A DNA stretch of 64,000 bases from Oceanispirochaeta sp. (GCA_963666275.2 CAXXOA010000002.1:1-64000), one strand, 5' to 3'. Counted from the stretch's first letter, positions 38,423-49,703 are shown. A program made the numbers and translations. Notes: generated from the letters alone by a model not told the origin.

Positions 38423-38842
38423 TCAGAACTCACTGATCGAATAGGGCCCCAGACCAGAGGGGGGATGCTGGTTCCGATAGAGAAAAAGGAGGTGCATGTT
38501 GATCAGATCACTGCCGTATTCCATATAGCTGTTGTCCCAGTTCAGGGGAGAACCGTTCACAATAATATCGTAGCGCCGCCGGTGCCCGGGGGGATAAGTT
38601 TCATCGTATCCTGTCAGTTCGGACCAGACCGTTTCCACCTGAACAACCCTGTACTGGTCTGTATCATCCTTTTCCAGATAGCGGCTGCCTTTCAGAATGC
38701 TGATGCAGTAGATGGCACTCTCCGCATCAACCGAAAAAGGCTCGGGATCGGGATAGAGCACAGTCCCGGAACCGTTCGGTTCTTCAGGGTGGGAGTAAAC
38801 ACTCAACAGAGTAAATAGGAAAAGGTATATAAAAACTTTCAT
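38423..38842 (-). CDS. Secreted hypothetical protein
   Basis: Signal-peptide-like N-terminus. Confidence 0.55.
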   Translation of the reverse strand: MKVFIYLFLFTLLSVYSHPEEPNGSGTVLYPDPEPFSVDAESAIYCISILKGSRYLEKDDTDQYRVVQVETVWSELTGYDETYPPGHRRRYDIIVNGSPLNWDNSYMEYGSDLINMHLLFLYRNQHPPSGLGPYSISEF

Positions 38843-38987
38843 CAGTACTTTCTACTATACCGCAACTTGATCCTTTACCGCTGAATATTTACAAAATCAA
38901 AATGACATCCCGTGAATTTAAGAGTAATCTGAGAAGAAGTCGGACTGTTCGGGAGAACATGCTCTGCATTACTGAGAAAGAGAGACA

Positions 38988-39908
38988 ATGAGCCGCATAT
39001 ACCAGGTCAAAGAAAATGAACTCTACCTTGTGGGCAAGGCAATGGCCTCCCCTCTCCGTATCAATATACTCAAGCTCCTGGAGCACCATCCTCTGAACAT
39101 AAACCAGATTGCCGAGCATCTGGATATCCCCCAGTCCTCCTGTGTTTTCCACATCAAGATACTTGAAAAAGCAAAACTCATAGAGACCGAAATCCTATCT
39201 GCAGCCAAGGGAACCCAGAAGATCTGCCATCTGGCCTATGATGAAATCGTTTTTCCTCTGAGGTCAAAAAAGAACTTCACCGATGACAACATCATGATCT
39301 CGGATATCCCCGTTGGCATGTACAGCAACTACAGCATTCAGCCCCCCTGCGGGATTCTGTCTGAAACCGGAGCCATTGGTTTTATCGATCAGGAGGATTC
39401 TTTTGATGATCCCCTGCGGAGTTCGGCCGGGCTGCTCTGGTTTACCCGGGGATTCTGTGAATACAGGTTTCCCGATACACGGATTTTCCCCGGCAGAAAA
39501 ATCAGAAGTATTGCTGTTTCCATGGAACTATGCTCTGAATTTCCCGGGCACAACAACAACTGGCTTTCCGATATAACCCTGTGGTTCAATGAGTTTGAGG
39601 TGGGCACATGGCGAAGTCCCTCAGACTGCGGTGGAGAGTACGGGACTCTGACTCCCCGCTGGTGGAGTATCGACAATACCCAGTTCGGTTTTCTTAAAAG
39701 CTGGAAGATAACCCGGTCAGGATCTTTTATTGATGAGGAAAGAGTGTCCGACATATGTCTGGCTGATCTGGACCTGGAAAGGGCAGATTACTCCACAATA
39801 CGGATAGGCATCAAAGACGATGCCGAGTATCAGGGAGGAATCAATCTCTTCGGAAGGGGATTCGGTAATCATGCTCAGGATATCCGGTTCACCATAGAAT
39901 TCCAGTAG
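38988..39908 (+). CDS. ArsR-family HTH regulator (sugar-associated, long form)
   Basis: KAMASPLRINILKLL...HIKILEKA; ELCSEFPG, W.SDIT, G.LTP.WW. Confidence 0.85.
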   Translation: MSRIYQVKENELYLVGKAMASPLRINILKLLEHHPLNINQIAEHLDIPQSSCVFHIKILEKAKLIETEILSAAKGTQKICHLAYDEIVFPLRSKKNFTDDNIMISDIPVGMYSNYSIQPPCGILSETGAIGFIDQEDSFDDPLRSSAGLLWFTRGFCEYRFPDTRIFPGRKIRSIAVSMELCSEFPGHNNNWLSDITLWFNEFEVGTWRSPSDCGGEYGTLTPRWWSIDNTQFGFLKSWKITRSGSFIDEERVSDICLADLDLERADYSTIRIGIKDDAEYQGGINLFGRGFGNHAQDIRFTIEFQ

Positions 39909-39988
39909 AAAAACAAATCCCTGCAACAAGGGGTCTTCACGGGGTCCTACTCCCGGCGAAACCCCTTATTGAGGGAAAACAGCACACA

Positions 39989-41008
39989 CTAGCTCTGCAT
40001 GGCTCTCTTTTTTGCGATTTTTGTGGAATTCCTGGATAGGTAGTTCTGGATCAGTATAAAAACCATAACCAGCAGTCCCACCAGGATCTGTGCCCACCAC
40101 TCCCGGAAAGAGGAGATATAGGAAGGAAGCTTGAAAACGAGCCCGTAGATCAGGACTCCGAAGAAGCTTCCCACCACGTACCCCGAGCCGCCGGAAAGGA
40201 GAGTTCCCCCGATCACCACTGAGGCGATCACATCCAGCTCCAGTCCCAGAGCGTTATGGGGTTTTCCCGAAGCCATATGTATCGTAAAGACGACCCCTCC
40301 CAGGGCACTGAGGAATCCGTTTATTGTATAGATGGCGATCTTTGACTTTGTCACGGGAAGCCCCATCATGACGGCGGATTTTTCGTTCCCGCCGATGGCA
40401 TAGACTGTCCGTCCGAACCGGGTGTAGCGGCCCACGAGAATCCCCGCAATAAGGACTATGAAAAAAATCATGACATAAAGGCTCAGATTGGCAGGCCCCA
40501 TTTTAATCCCTGTCTTTTTCATAAAGGAAATGAAAGGGTCATTCTGAATACTGAGGGTTCCCTGATGGATCATGTAGGCCAGCCCCCTGAGAAGGAACAT
40601 ACCCACAAGAGTCACAAGGAAGGGGGGAAGCTCAAAGAGTGTAATCAGACTGCCGAAGAGGAAGCCCATCAAGATACCAATGGCAAGGCAGATCAGGATC
40701 GAGATCCAGGAAGGCATCATATAGACATTGGTCAGTTTGGCTATAAAGATCGAAACAAAGGCCACCATGGATCCCACAGACAGATCAATTCCGCCCGAGA
40801 GAATGACAAAAGTCATACCCACCGCAATGATTCCGATATAGGCTATGGCTTTGAAAATGTTCACAAAGTTGTAGACTGACAGAAAACCCGGAAAAATCGT
40901 CGATGCCGTTCCGTACATGATTATGAAAATCAGGATAGTCGTCAGGATGGGTATGTTATTGACCGTAATATGGCTTCCGAGATTTTTAAAAGATTTAGCG
41001 AGCTTCAT
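39989..41008 (-). CDS. Sugar ABC permease (YjfF-like)
   Basis: GMTFVILSGGIDLSVGS, FGRTVYAIGGNE, ELDVIASVVIGGT. Confidence 0.9.
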   Translation of the reverse strand: MKLAKSFKNLGSHITVNNIPILTTILIFIIMYGTASTIFPGFLSVYNFVNIFKAIAYIGIIAVGMTFVILSGGIDLSVGSMVAFVSIFIAKLTNVYMMPSWISILICLAIGILMGFLFGSLITLFELPPFLVTLVGMFLLRGLAYMIHQGTLSIQNDPFISFMKKTGIKMGPANLSLYVMIFFIVLIAGILVGRYTRFGRTVYAIGGNEKSAVMMGLPVTKSKIAIYTINGFLSALGGVVFTIHMASGKPHNALGLELDVIASVVIGGTLLSGGSGYVVGSFFGVLIYGLVFKLPSYISSFREWWAQILVGLLVMVFILIQNYLSRNSTKIAKKRAMQS

Positions 41009-42077
41009 TGACGGGCTCCTCATCGGCTGTTGATTTTTTTTGATTCTTTGCCTTGTAGTTTGATATTTTTGCCCGGAACTGATCCGACTGGATAAGTGCC
41101 ACAAATATAATGACCACCGCTTTGAATACAAGTGAGTACTCATAGGGCCAGCGCTGGAAGTACACGGTAGTGGTCAGACTCTGAATAATCAGGGCACCTA
41201 TAAGGGACCCGACGAGAGTAAACCGGCCTCCATTGATGGAACCACCGATGATGACGGCTGCAATAGCGTCCAGTTCTATCATAAACCCCGTATTGTAGGG
41301 ACTTGTGCTGGATTCGCCCGACACATGTACCAAACCGGCCACTCCCGCCATCAGAGCGCAGAACACATAGGTTCCCACAGTGATGGTCTTTGTCCTGATG
41401 CCGACAAAGCGGGATGTCTTTCTGTTTTCACCTGTTGATTCGATAAAAAGACCGATGGCCGTCCTTTTTGTTCCGATCAGGGTCAGAGCAAAAATGGCAA
41501 GGGCGATCCAGACCGGGATAGGCATAGCCAGGAAGTACCCTGTACCGATTTTGGTAAAAGGAACGCCGTAGTAGGTGGGAGTCTGCCCTTCAACCATAAG
41601 GACGGCCAGGCCTCTTGCCGTATACATCATAATCAATGTGGCAATGATTGGCTGAACCTTCACCACCGCCACCATAATCCCGTTGATAAGCCCCAGAAGC
41701 ATCACGATCAGCAGGGGAATCAGGATAATCACAGCCATATGAGGCTGGGGATCAAGCACAGGCATTCCCTGGAGGTATCCCGGACGGATCAGAAGGGCAG
41801 CCATTGCCCCCGCTACAGCCATTATAGAACCGACGGACAGATCAATTCCGCCGGTGGCATAGACCAGGGTCATCCCGGAAGCCAGGATAATCAGCCTGGC
41901 TCCATTATTCAGAATACTGATAAGGTTTCCATGTAAACGCCCCTCTTCCATCATAGAGACCTGAAAGAACTCAGGAGAGATGATAAGATTGAGTAAAAGG
42001 ATTCCTATAAGCCCCAGGAGAGACCAGAGGATCCTTTTCTGTATGGGGTCACTGTTGTTTAATAATTTATCTTTCAT
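40995..42077 (-). CDS. Sugar ABC permease (YtfT-like)
   Basis: GMTLVYATGGIDLSVG, QPIIATLI, ELDAIAAV. Confidence 0.9.
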   Translation of the reverse strand: MKDKLLNNSDPIQKRILWSLLGLIGILLLNLIISPEFFQVSMMEEGRLHGNLISILNNGARLIILASGMTLVYATGGIDLSVGSIMAVAGAMAALLIRPGYLQGMPVLDPQPHMAVIILIPLLIVMLLGLINGIMVAVVKVQPIIATLIMMYTARGLAVLMVEGQTPTYYGVPFTKIGTGYFLAMPIPVWIALAIFALTLIGTKRTAIGLFIESTGENRKTSRFVGIRTKTITVGTYVFCALMAGVAGLVHVSGESSTSPYNTGFMIELDAIAAVIIGGSINGGRFTLVGSLIGALIIQSLTTTVYFQRWPYEYSLVFKAVVIIFVALIQSDQFRAKISNYKAKNQKKSTADEEPVNEAR

Positions 42078-42094
42078 AGTTTGATTGCCTCAAC

Positions 42095-43596
42095 TCAGGA
42101 ATCCGCAATGGTCTGCATCACAGATTGCTCATCAATTTCCACACCGTTTAATTCATTCACGATTTTTCTGTCTTTCAGAACTGCCACTCTGTTTGAAATA
42201 CGGACAACCTCTTCCAGTTCCGAGGAAATAAAGACGATGGAAAGGCCTTTGTTCTTTAGATCCAGAATGGCTTTCTGGATTTCAATTTTTGCTCCCACAT
42301 CAATCCCTCTGGTAGGTTCATCAAGAATCAGAATGTCAGGATTGGCCACCAGCCAGCGGGCCAGTATGCATTTCTGCTGATTACCGCCGCTCAGCGATTT
42401 TATGCTTGTATGAATGTCAGGTGTCTTGATTTTAAGGATATCCACATATTTCCGGGCAATACTGTCCCGTTCAGCCGGCTCATTAATCGGAATGTTCCCT
42501 TTTTAGCCTGCTGAGCCAGAATAATATTGTCTCTGACACTGAGTTCCTGCAGAAGCCCCGACTCTTTCCTGTCTTCCGGGCAGTATCCCATACCATGGGA
42601 AATGGCATCTTTCGGATTCCGAATGACCCCTTTCTTCCCTTTTATATAAAAATCCCCTTTATCGGGACTAATAATGCCGTACATGATATTTGCCACTTCG
42701 GTTCTTCCGGAACCGAGTAAACCGGCCAGGCCGAGGACTTCCCCTTTATTGAGATTCAGACTGAATTCTTCAATGTAGCCTTCCTTCCGGATATTCCTGA
42801 GAGAGAGGAGTTCTTCCTTTTCCCTCTGCTCTTCATTTGTCCACAGGGATTTATCCAGCTGCTTCAGTTCCTGCCCGAGCATATTTGAAATTAAATCTAT
42901 CTTTGAAATATTCTTTGTCTCATGCAGACCGACAAACTGCCCGTCTCTCAGGACAGTAATCCGATCAGTAATTTCAAACACCTGATCAAGAAAGTGGGTG
43001 ATAAATATGATGCTGATCCCCTGCCCTTTCAGCTTTCTCATAACCTTAAATAACTGATTGACTTCCTGCACATCCAGGCTGGATGTGGGCTCATCCAGAA
43101 TAAGAACTTTGGCACTGATATCCAATGCTCTGGCAATCGAAACCATCTGCTGAATGGCAACGGAATAGGTATTCAACGGCTGGGTAACATCGATATTGAG
43201 ATCCAGCAATGCCATGGCCTTCCGGGCCCTTTCATTCAGATCTTTCCAGTCGATCCCTTTCAGAAAACCGCTCCTGCCCGGCTGCCTTCCGAGAAAAATA
43301 TTCTCTGCAACAGACAGCATGGGGATCAGGTTGACTTCCTGATAAACAGTACTGATTCCCTTCTGAACAGCCTCATTGGGCGAATGAAAATCGATGATGT
43401 CCCCGTCAAAGGCAATGTCCCCGCTGTCTCTTCTGTAGATGCCGGTGATTACCTTGATAAGAGTGGATTTTCCGGCACCATTTTCGCCCATCAGGGCATG
43501 GATCTCACCCTCATCCAATGAAAAATCAACATTGGAGAGAGCTTTCACTCCGGGGAAGTTTTTGTCTACGTTTCTGACGCTAAGAATTTCTCCCAT
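42095..43596 (-). pseudogene. Sugar ABC ATPase (YtfR-like) with a 1-nt frameshift near 42475
   Basis: GENGAGKST in the 5' ORF; LSGGNQQK and LDEPTRG in the overlapping 3' ORF; adding one base restores SRAERDSIARKYVDILK. Confidence 0.85.
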
Positions 43597-43619
43597 CTGT
43601 TTCCTCTTACTTTTTAAAG

Positions 43620-43644
43620 AGGGACCTCCTCGATAGAGGTCCCT
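43620..43644 (-). terminator. Intercistronic hairpin after the binding-protein gene
   Basis: AGGGACCTC...GAGGTCCCT. Confidence 0.6.
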
Positions 43645-43671
43645 GAACTTTTTAATTTTTACCTTTGAAAA

Positions 43672-44625
43672 TCAGAAACCACCGGTGGGGTGATCCTTGT
43701 AATTGGTAGTGTCATACAGACTGTCGGGAGTAATAATGTACTGATCAACAGGTTTGCCTTCGATAGCCGCGAGAAGAGATTCAAATCCGAGGGGTCCCAG
43801 AAGAGGGCTGCATTCTACAGTGGCATTCAGATCGCCTCTTTCCATGGCTTCAAAAGCAGCCTTAATGGCATCAACAGAGATGATTTTCACATCCGAACCG
43901 GGTTTAATTCCAGAGGATTTCAGGGCTTCGATGGCACCGAGAGCCATACCGTCATTGTGAGCATAGATAACATCAAAATCTACGCCGGCGGCAATCCAGG
44001 CTTCCACAACCTGACGTCCTTTATCCTGGCTCCATTCTCCGGTTTTGGATTCTACAACTTCGATGCCGTCATAGGTATCGATAACTTCCATAAAACCCTT
44101 GCTGCGGAGAATGGCGGGATCTGCAGCGGGATCTCCGAAGAGTTCAACAACTTTTCCATTTCCATTCAATGCGTTGGCCACCCATTTTCCGGCTTCTCTG
44201 CCTTCAAAAGCAAAATCGGAAGAGATCTGGGTAACCCAGAGATCTTCGGGAGAATCCAGTCCTCTGTCCAGAAGGACAACAGGGATACCCGCAGCTTTTG
44301 CTTCGCCCAGAACTTCATCCCAACCGCTTCTGGTCTGGGGAGCCAGTAAAATACCGTCTACTTTCTGTGCAATGAAATCCCGAATGGCGGAAATCTGACC
44401 AGCCTGATCTGTGACTGACAGCTTCAGGTCTATACCGAGCCTTTCAGCTTCCTGCTGGACTGAATTTGTCTCGGTTGTTCTCCAGGGGCTGTCCTCCTTG
44501 ATCTGCGCAAACCCCACTTTCAACTGACCATTGCCCTTTTCCTGAGCTCCTCCGGCAAATACCGTTGAAGAGAGAGCCAGAAGCATGGAGATCACCAGAA
44601 CTGAAGAAACCAATACTTTTCTCAT
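43672..44625 (-). CDS. Sugar ABC substrate-binding protein (YtfQ-like)
   Basis: VGFAQ...WRTTET, PVVLLDR, AHNDGMALGAI, ATVECSP. Confidence 0.9.
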   Translation of the reverse strand: MRKVLVSSVLVISMLLALSSTVFAGGAQEKGNGQLKVGFAQIKEDSPWRTTETNSVQQEAERLGIDLKLSVTDQAGQISAIRDFIAQKVDGILLAPQTRSGWDEVLGEAKAAGIPVVLLDRGLDSPEDLWVTQISSDFAFEGREAGKWVANALNGNGKVVELFGDPAADPAILRSKGFMEVIDTYDGIEVVESKTGEWSQDKGRQVVEAWIAAGVDFDVIYAHNDGMALGAIEALKSSGIKPGSDVKIISVDAIKAAFEAMERGDLNATVECSPLLGPLGFESLLAAIEGKPVDQYIITPDSLYDTTNYKDHPTGGF

Positions 44626-44662
44626 AAGAATTCTCCTTTGATTGAAATAATGTTTTTTAATA

Positions 44663-44678
44663 TGCAAATGACATACCA
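44663..44678 (-). promoter_or_regulatory. Sigma54 (-24/-12) promoter of the sugar ABC operon
   Basis: Minus strand TGGTATGTCATTTGCA is GG-N10-GC, about 40 nt before the ATG. Confidence 0.7.
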
Positions 44679-44899
44679 ATTGTTTACTAAATAAAATTAA
44701 AACTTTCTATTTCCATATATTGCAATATATTAAAAAATTCCCTATTTTTCATATCGAAAATATTGGATACAAATAAGCCGGTTTTTACCCGCTAAATACA
44801 CATTATGCCACAGGAATCGTATAGCTATTACACAAATTCTGCTTTTTAAGATAAGACTTGACAAGTCCATGGAGTGATGCAAAAATTTTTCCACCCTTT

Positions 44900-46192
44900 A
44901 TGAAAAATAAAATATTAATCATTGATGATAATGAAAAGCTCTGTGAGAGCCTGGAAATGAATCTGATGCACCTTGGATACAGATGCGACTACAGAACCAA
45001 CGGCCCGTCATCCCTGAAATTCCTGGATGAGGAATCCCCCGATTTAATACTGCTGGATTTGTCACTGGGCGAAGAGAGCGGATTGGAAATACTGGAATGC
45101 ATAAAGGGTAAGAACGCCTTTATTCCTGTTATAATGATAACAGGATTCGGCACGATTCATACAGCAGTTCAGGCCATTAAGGCCGGAGCGGTCGACTATA
45201 TTCAGAAACCCCTGAATTTTACACATCTTCTCAAGAAAATTGAAAACACTTTGAAAACAGAATCTGTAGTCATGCCCGAATCCTTCATAATTCAGAGTCC
45301 TGAAATGAAGAAGCTCATGGAAAAGGCGGAAAAGCTGGCTAAAACGGATTTTCCCATTCTGATTACCGGAGAGAGCGGTACCGGGAAAGAACGGCTGGCC
45401 CATTTCATTCATGAGAATTCCGCCAGAAAGGATGAACCACTTCAGATCATCAATTCTGCAGCGTTTCCTGAAAGCCTGCTGGACAATGAGCTTTTCGGCC
45501 ATGAAAAAGGAGCCTATACCGGAGCGGATGCCCGGTTTATGGGTATTTTTGAGCGCTCTGACAAAAGCTCCCTGTTTATGGATGAAATTGGAGATATGAC
45601 CCTGCAGACCCAGGTGAAAATACTCAGGACCCTTCAGAACAGTGAAATCCGGAGAATCGGCGGGAACGAGGTCCGGAAGGTGGATGTCAGATTTATCGGC
45701 GCGACAAACAGAAATCTGCTGGAGATGATGCAGAACAAGAGATTCCGGGAAGATCTCTATTACAGGCTCAGCACGGCGGTTCTCCATGTCCCGAGTTTAA
45801 AAGACCGAACCGAAGATATCATCCCTCTTGCGGAGTATTTTCTCCGCAGCAGTTTCAAAGAAAGGAATATGACCCTGACTGAGGAGGCCCGGGAAGGACT
45901 CCTCCGCTATCAGTGGCCGGGGAATATACGTGAGCTTAAAAACTCCCTCCAGTATGCAGGAGCCCTGGCTTCGGAAAACAGAATACTTCTCTCTGATTTC
46001 CCCGGAAATATCCAGACGGCTGTAAACAGGGATTCCGCTCCGGTCCAGACCCTCGAAACAAGGGAGAAAGAGGCCATACTCAGCGCCCTTGAGCAAGCGA
46101 ATCACAATAAGACCGAAGCGGCGGAACTGCTGAATATAAGCCGGAAAACTCTTTATAATAAAATAGCCAAATACGGACTGATCAATGAGTGA
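44900..46192 (+). CDS. Sigma54-dependent response regulator (NtrC family)
   Basis: REC domain, GESGTGKE, ELFGHEKGAYTGA, WPGNIREL, Fis-type HTH. Confidence 0.95.
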   Translation: MKNKILIIDDNEKLCESLEMNLMHLGYRCDYRTNGPSSLKFLDEESPDLILLDLSLGEESGLEILECIKGKNAFIPVIMITGFGTIHTAVQAIKAGAVDYIQKPLNFTHLLKKIENTLKTESVVMPESFIIQSPEMKKLMEKAEKLAKTDFPILITGESGTGKERLAHFIHENSARKDEPLQIINSAAFPESLLDNELFGHEKGAYTGADARFMGIFERSDKSSLFMDEIGDMTLQTQVKILRTLQNSEIRRIGGNEVRKVDVRFIGATNRNLLEMMQNKRFREDLYYRLSTAVLHVPSLKDRTEDIIPLAEYFLRSSFKERNMTLTEEAREGLLRYQWPGNIRELKNSLQYAGALASENRILLSDFPGNIQTAVNRDSAPVQTLETREKEAILSALEQANHNKTEAAELLNISRKTLYNKIAKYGLINE

Positions 46193-47966
46193 TACAGCTC
46201 TGGTGGCATTGAGAGACGTCTCTCTGGTAATACAAAGTAGGAAAATTATAAGTTCTCTCAATATGGATATCTATCCCGGACAGATCCATGGACTCATCGG
46301 AGACAGGGGATCCGGAAAAACATCCATCGGCACCCTCCTGTCTCTGGATACGATTCCCGACAGGGGAAAAGTTTTCTGGAGAGGCGAAAAGATCGATCAC
46401 TACTCCTACAGGAGCCTGCAGAATCCGGGAATCCAGATGATCTATCAGGACGGAGGGCTTCTGGGCCATTTTACTGTAGCGGAAAATCTGTTCCTTCCCG
46501 AAAAGATTCTTCGCCCTTTTCCGTTCAACCGCAGAAAAAAAATGCAGAACGCCGCGGGACAGCTGATACGGGAGTACGGATTTGATATCGATCCGAACCA
46601 TCTGTTCATAGATCTGACCATGTCGGAACAGGTTGTGATTGAAATCCTGCGGTGCATTATCAAAGAGCCTGACTTTCTTGTGATTGATGAAGCCCTTGAA
46701 AAGCTCAACGGGGAAGATTACGAGAAGATTGTGACTGTCCTGAAAAAAGAATCCCGGGCGGGATTGAGTATTTTGTGTATCAGCCACAGGATTGATGATA
46801 TCTATGGTTTTGCCGAGACAGTATCGGTGGTCAGGAACGGATCCATCCTTCTGACGGATTCCACAAAAAAGATTGACCGCCTGAACCTGATCAAGCTCTG
46901 CTATACCCAGGTAACCCGGAACAAAAAATCGGAAGATGTGAATAAGGAGTTCTATCAGATCCTCAGATACAATGAGGCGATCCTGAAGAGCCTTCCCATT
47001 TCTCTTGTTGTGGTGGATGAAAAAAACAAGATCAAAATGATCAATGACCAGGGGCTGCTCTTTTTTAAAGTCGGCAGTGATGAGTATCTGAATCTGGATC
47101 TGAATACAATCATAAAGGATGAAGAGTCGTTCCGCCGTATCCAGGACAGCATTAACAGGGAAGCCACCCTCTATAACCTGAAAATTGAGAAAACCATCTG
47201 CAATATCAAGGTTTTCCCTATATTTGACGGGAAATTCTCCATCGGAAACATCATCATTCTGGAGGATATCTCAGAGCAGGAGGAGATGCGCCACAGGCTG
47301 AACCTCTCGGAAAACCTGGCATCCCTGGGGCTTCTGGCGGCCGGAGTGGCCCATGAGATAAACAATCCCCTGGAGATTATCTACAACTATCTGAATTTTC
47401 TGAAAATGGATCCGGAAGAACAGCAGCAGAAGAAGGTCGTCCGGCTTCTGGAAGAGGAGATGGACGGCATCAAGTACATCGTTTCCAACCTCATGTCCTT
47501 TTCGGGAAAACCCGAAGCCAACTTCGAGGACTTTGACCTGAACCAGCTTGTGAAACAGACCTTTTCCCTGTTGAAGCCCTCTGCAAAAGAGCGGAACATT
47601 GACTGCAGGTTCCTCACATCCCGGGAGGAGATTATTGTGGGGGCCAGTAAAATAGAGATTAGGCAGGTCCTTCTGAATCTCATTAAAAACAGCTTCGAGG
47701 TACTGAAATCAGACGGCTGTATCGAGGTGGAAACAGAGCAGGATTCCCAGTCCACCATCCTGAGAGTCAGAGACAACGGCCCGGGCATCCGGGAAGACAA
47801 TATCAGGGACATCCTCCTCCCCTTCTATTCCAACAAGAAAGAAGCCAGAAACATGGGGCTGGGTCTGACTGTCAGCTACAATATAATTAAAAAATATGAG
47901 GGAGAATTCTCCTTCAATAACCTTCAGGATCGGGGATGCGAGTTTGTAGTGAAGCTGCCCCGGTAG
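46185..47966 (+). CDS. Fusion of sugar-ABC ATPase domain, PAS-like domain and histidine kinase
   Basis: GDRGSGKT, MIYQD, FLVIDEA, ISHR; then LAAGVAHEINNPL, QVLLNLIKN, DNGPG, GLGL. Confidence 0.88.
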   Translation: MSDTALVALRDVSLVIQSRKIISSLNMDIYPGQIHGLIGDRGSGKTSIGTLLSLDTIPDRGKVFWRGEKIDHYSYRSLQNPGIQMIYQDGGLLGHFTVAENLFLPEKILRPFPFNRRKKMQNAAGQLIREYGFDIDPNHLFIDLTMSEQVVIEILRCIIKEPDFLVIDEALEKLNGEDYEKIVTVLKKESRAGLSILCISHRIDDIYGFAETVSVVRNGSILLTDSTKKIDRLNLIKLCYTQVTRNKKSEDVNKEFYQILRYNEAILKSLPISLVVVDEKNKIKMINDQGLLFFKVGSDEYLNLDLNTIIKDEESFRRIQDSINREATLYNLKIEKTICNIKVFPIFDGKFSIGNIIILEDISEQEEMRHRLNLSENLASLGLLAAGVAHEINNPLEIIYNYLNFLKMDPEEQQQKKVVRLLEEEMDGIKYIVSNLMSFSGKPEANFEDFDLNQLVKQTFSLLKPSAKERNIDCRFLTSREEIIVGASKIEIRQVLLNLIKNSFEVLKSDGCIEVETEQDSQSTILRVRDNGPGIREDNIRDILLPFYSNKKEARNMGLGLTVSYNIIKKYEGEFSFNNLQDRGCEFVVKLPR

Positions 47967-48275
47967 AAGATTAAGCCATAGAACGGAGTTTCTGTTGATT
48001 CCCGATCCGGCCTATCCTATTTATACTTCACAATAAGAACTGTTACCGATCCAGCCTCCCACAGCAAAACTATTTCCGGATTTGTCGAAACAGATGTCAT
48101 GCAACATACTCTCCCGAATGGTTCCGCGGCTTGTAATGGAAAGGTCTTCGCTGCTGGACTCCGCCGGTGCCTCAGAAAGAAAAGCAGTATTGTTGATAAT
48201 TCCTCTCGATAATTGACTTTTTATACGCAGATTAGCATAGTATGGTCAAAATAATACGAAAATCGGAGAATCAGA

Positions 48276-49013
48276 ATGAATTTCACTAAACTGATTACAG
48301 CTTTAACAATCCTTTTCATAGCCCTGACAGGCTGTACGGAAAAAAAAGATAGAATCGTGATGGGAACCAATGCGGCGTTCCCCCCCTTTGAATTTATAGG
48401 CGGAGAATCGGGCGATGAGGTCGTCGGATTTGATGCGGAAATAGCAAAGGAAATTGCTGCGGATCTCGGCAAAGAACTTGTGATTGAAGATATGGAGTTT
48501 GATACTCTCCTCACAGCTTTGAACGCAGACAAGGTGGATTTTGTCATTGCAGGTATGACTATTAATCCCAAGAGAGCGGAAAGTGTCGATTTTTCAGAGC
48601 CCTACTACGAAGCGACCCAGGCCGTAATTGTAAAAAAAGGCCAGGATGCGATCAGAGCCATTGAGGATCTCAGAGACAAGAAGATCTCGGTACAGCTTGG
48701 AACTACCGGAAACGATATGGCAAGCAAGTATACAACCGAAGAAAACATCACGGCGTTCAATACAGGTTTTGAAGCTGTTATGGAGCTGAAAAACAGCCGT
48801 GTGGACTGTCTAATTATCGATCAGCAGCCTGCTCTCAGCTTTATCAGCAAAAATCCCGAACTTGAAATTCTGTCCTTTGATTTTGAACCCGAATACTATG
48901 GTATAGCCATTAAGAAAGGCAACAGGGAACTTCTTGACTCTGTAAACAGGACTCTTGAAAGACTTCAATCCACAGGGAAGTATGACGAACTGCTTTCTCA
49001 GTTCATGAAATAG
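48276..49013 (+). CDS. Amino-acid ABC substrate-binding lipoprotein
   Basis: LTGC lipobox, GTNAAFPPFE, VQLGTTG. Confidence 0.92.
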   Translation: MNFTKLITALTILFIALTGCTEKKDRIVMGTNAAFPPFEFIGGESGDEVVGFDAEIAKEIAADLGKELVIEDMEFDTLLTALNADKVDFVIAGMTINPKRAESVDFSEPYYEATQAVIVKKGQDAIRAIEDLRDKKISVQLGTTGNDMASKYTTEENITAFNTGFEAVMELKNSRVDCLIIDQQPALSFISKNPELEILSFDFEPEYYGIAIKKGNRELLDSVNRTLERLQSTGKYDELLSQFMK

Positions 49014-49022
49014 GAGAGAACC

Positions 49023-49703
49023 TTGATAGATGCCGTAAAAAGAACTCTTTTTGAAGAGCTTTGGGAATTCGGTCCCAACGGCATAACCCTGATGTTCAAC
49101 GGTCTTAAGGTCACCCTGGTGGTGACCTTATTTGCCGTCTTACTGGGTGTTGTGCTGGGAACGGTCATAGCTCTGATGAGGATGTCCAGAAAAAAAGTAT
49201 TCAACCTGATTGCAAGAGCCTATACGGAACTGATCAGAGGGACTCCTGTTCTTGTTCAGCTCCTGATTATCTACTTTGTTGTCTTTCAGGCTTTTGACAT
49301 CAACAAAACCATGGCTGCCGTCATAGCATTTGCAATAAACTCTGGTGCCTATGTATCTGAAATCATCAGAGCGGGAATACAGGCGGTATCAAAGGGACAA
49401 ATGGAAGCGGCCCGCTCTCTCGGTATGCCCCACCGTATGGCAATGAAGGAGATCATTCTGCCTCAGGCCGTAAAAAACATCCTTCCCGCCCTGGGGAATG
49501 AATTTATTGTGCTGCTGAAAGAAACATCCATCATTGGCTTTATCGGAGGCAACGATCTGATGCGGGCCGGCAATAAGATCAGAAGCATAACCTATGAAGC
49601 GACAACACCTCTTATTGCAACGGCGATTGTCTATCTTATACTCACTCTGACCCTTTCCCATATACTTTCAAGAGCCGAACGGAGAATGAAAAACAGTGAT
49701 TAA
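49023..49703 (+). CDS. Amino-acid ABC permease
   Basis: [19 protein letters not shown]. Confidence 0.92.
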   Translation: MIDAVKRTLFEELWEFGPNGITLMFNGLKVTLVVTLFAVLLGVVLGTVIALMRMSRKKVFNLIARAYTELIRGTPVLVQLLIIYFVVFQAFDINKTMAAVIAFAINSGAYVSEIIRAGIQAVSKGQMEAARSLGMPHRMAMKEIILPQAVKNILPALGNEFIVLLKETSIIGFIGGNDLMRAGNKIRSITYEATTPLIATAIVYLILTLTLSHILSRAERRMKNSD

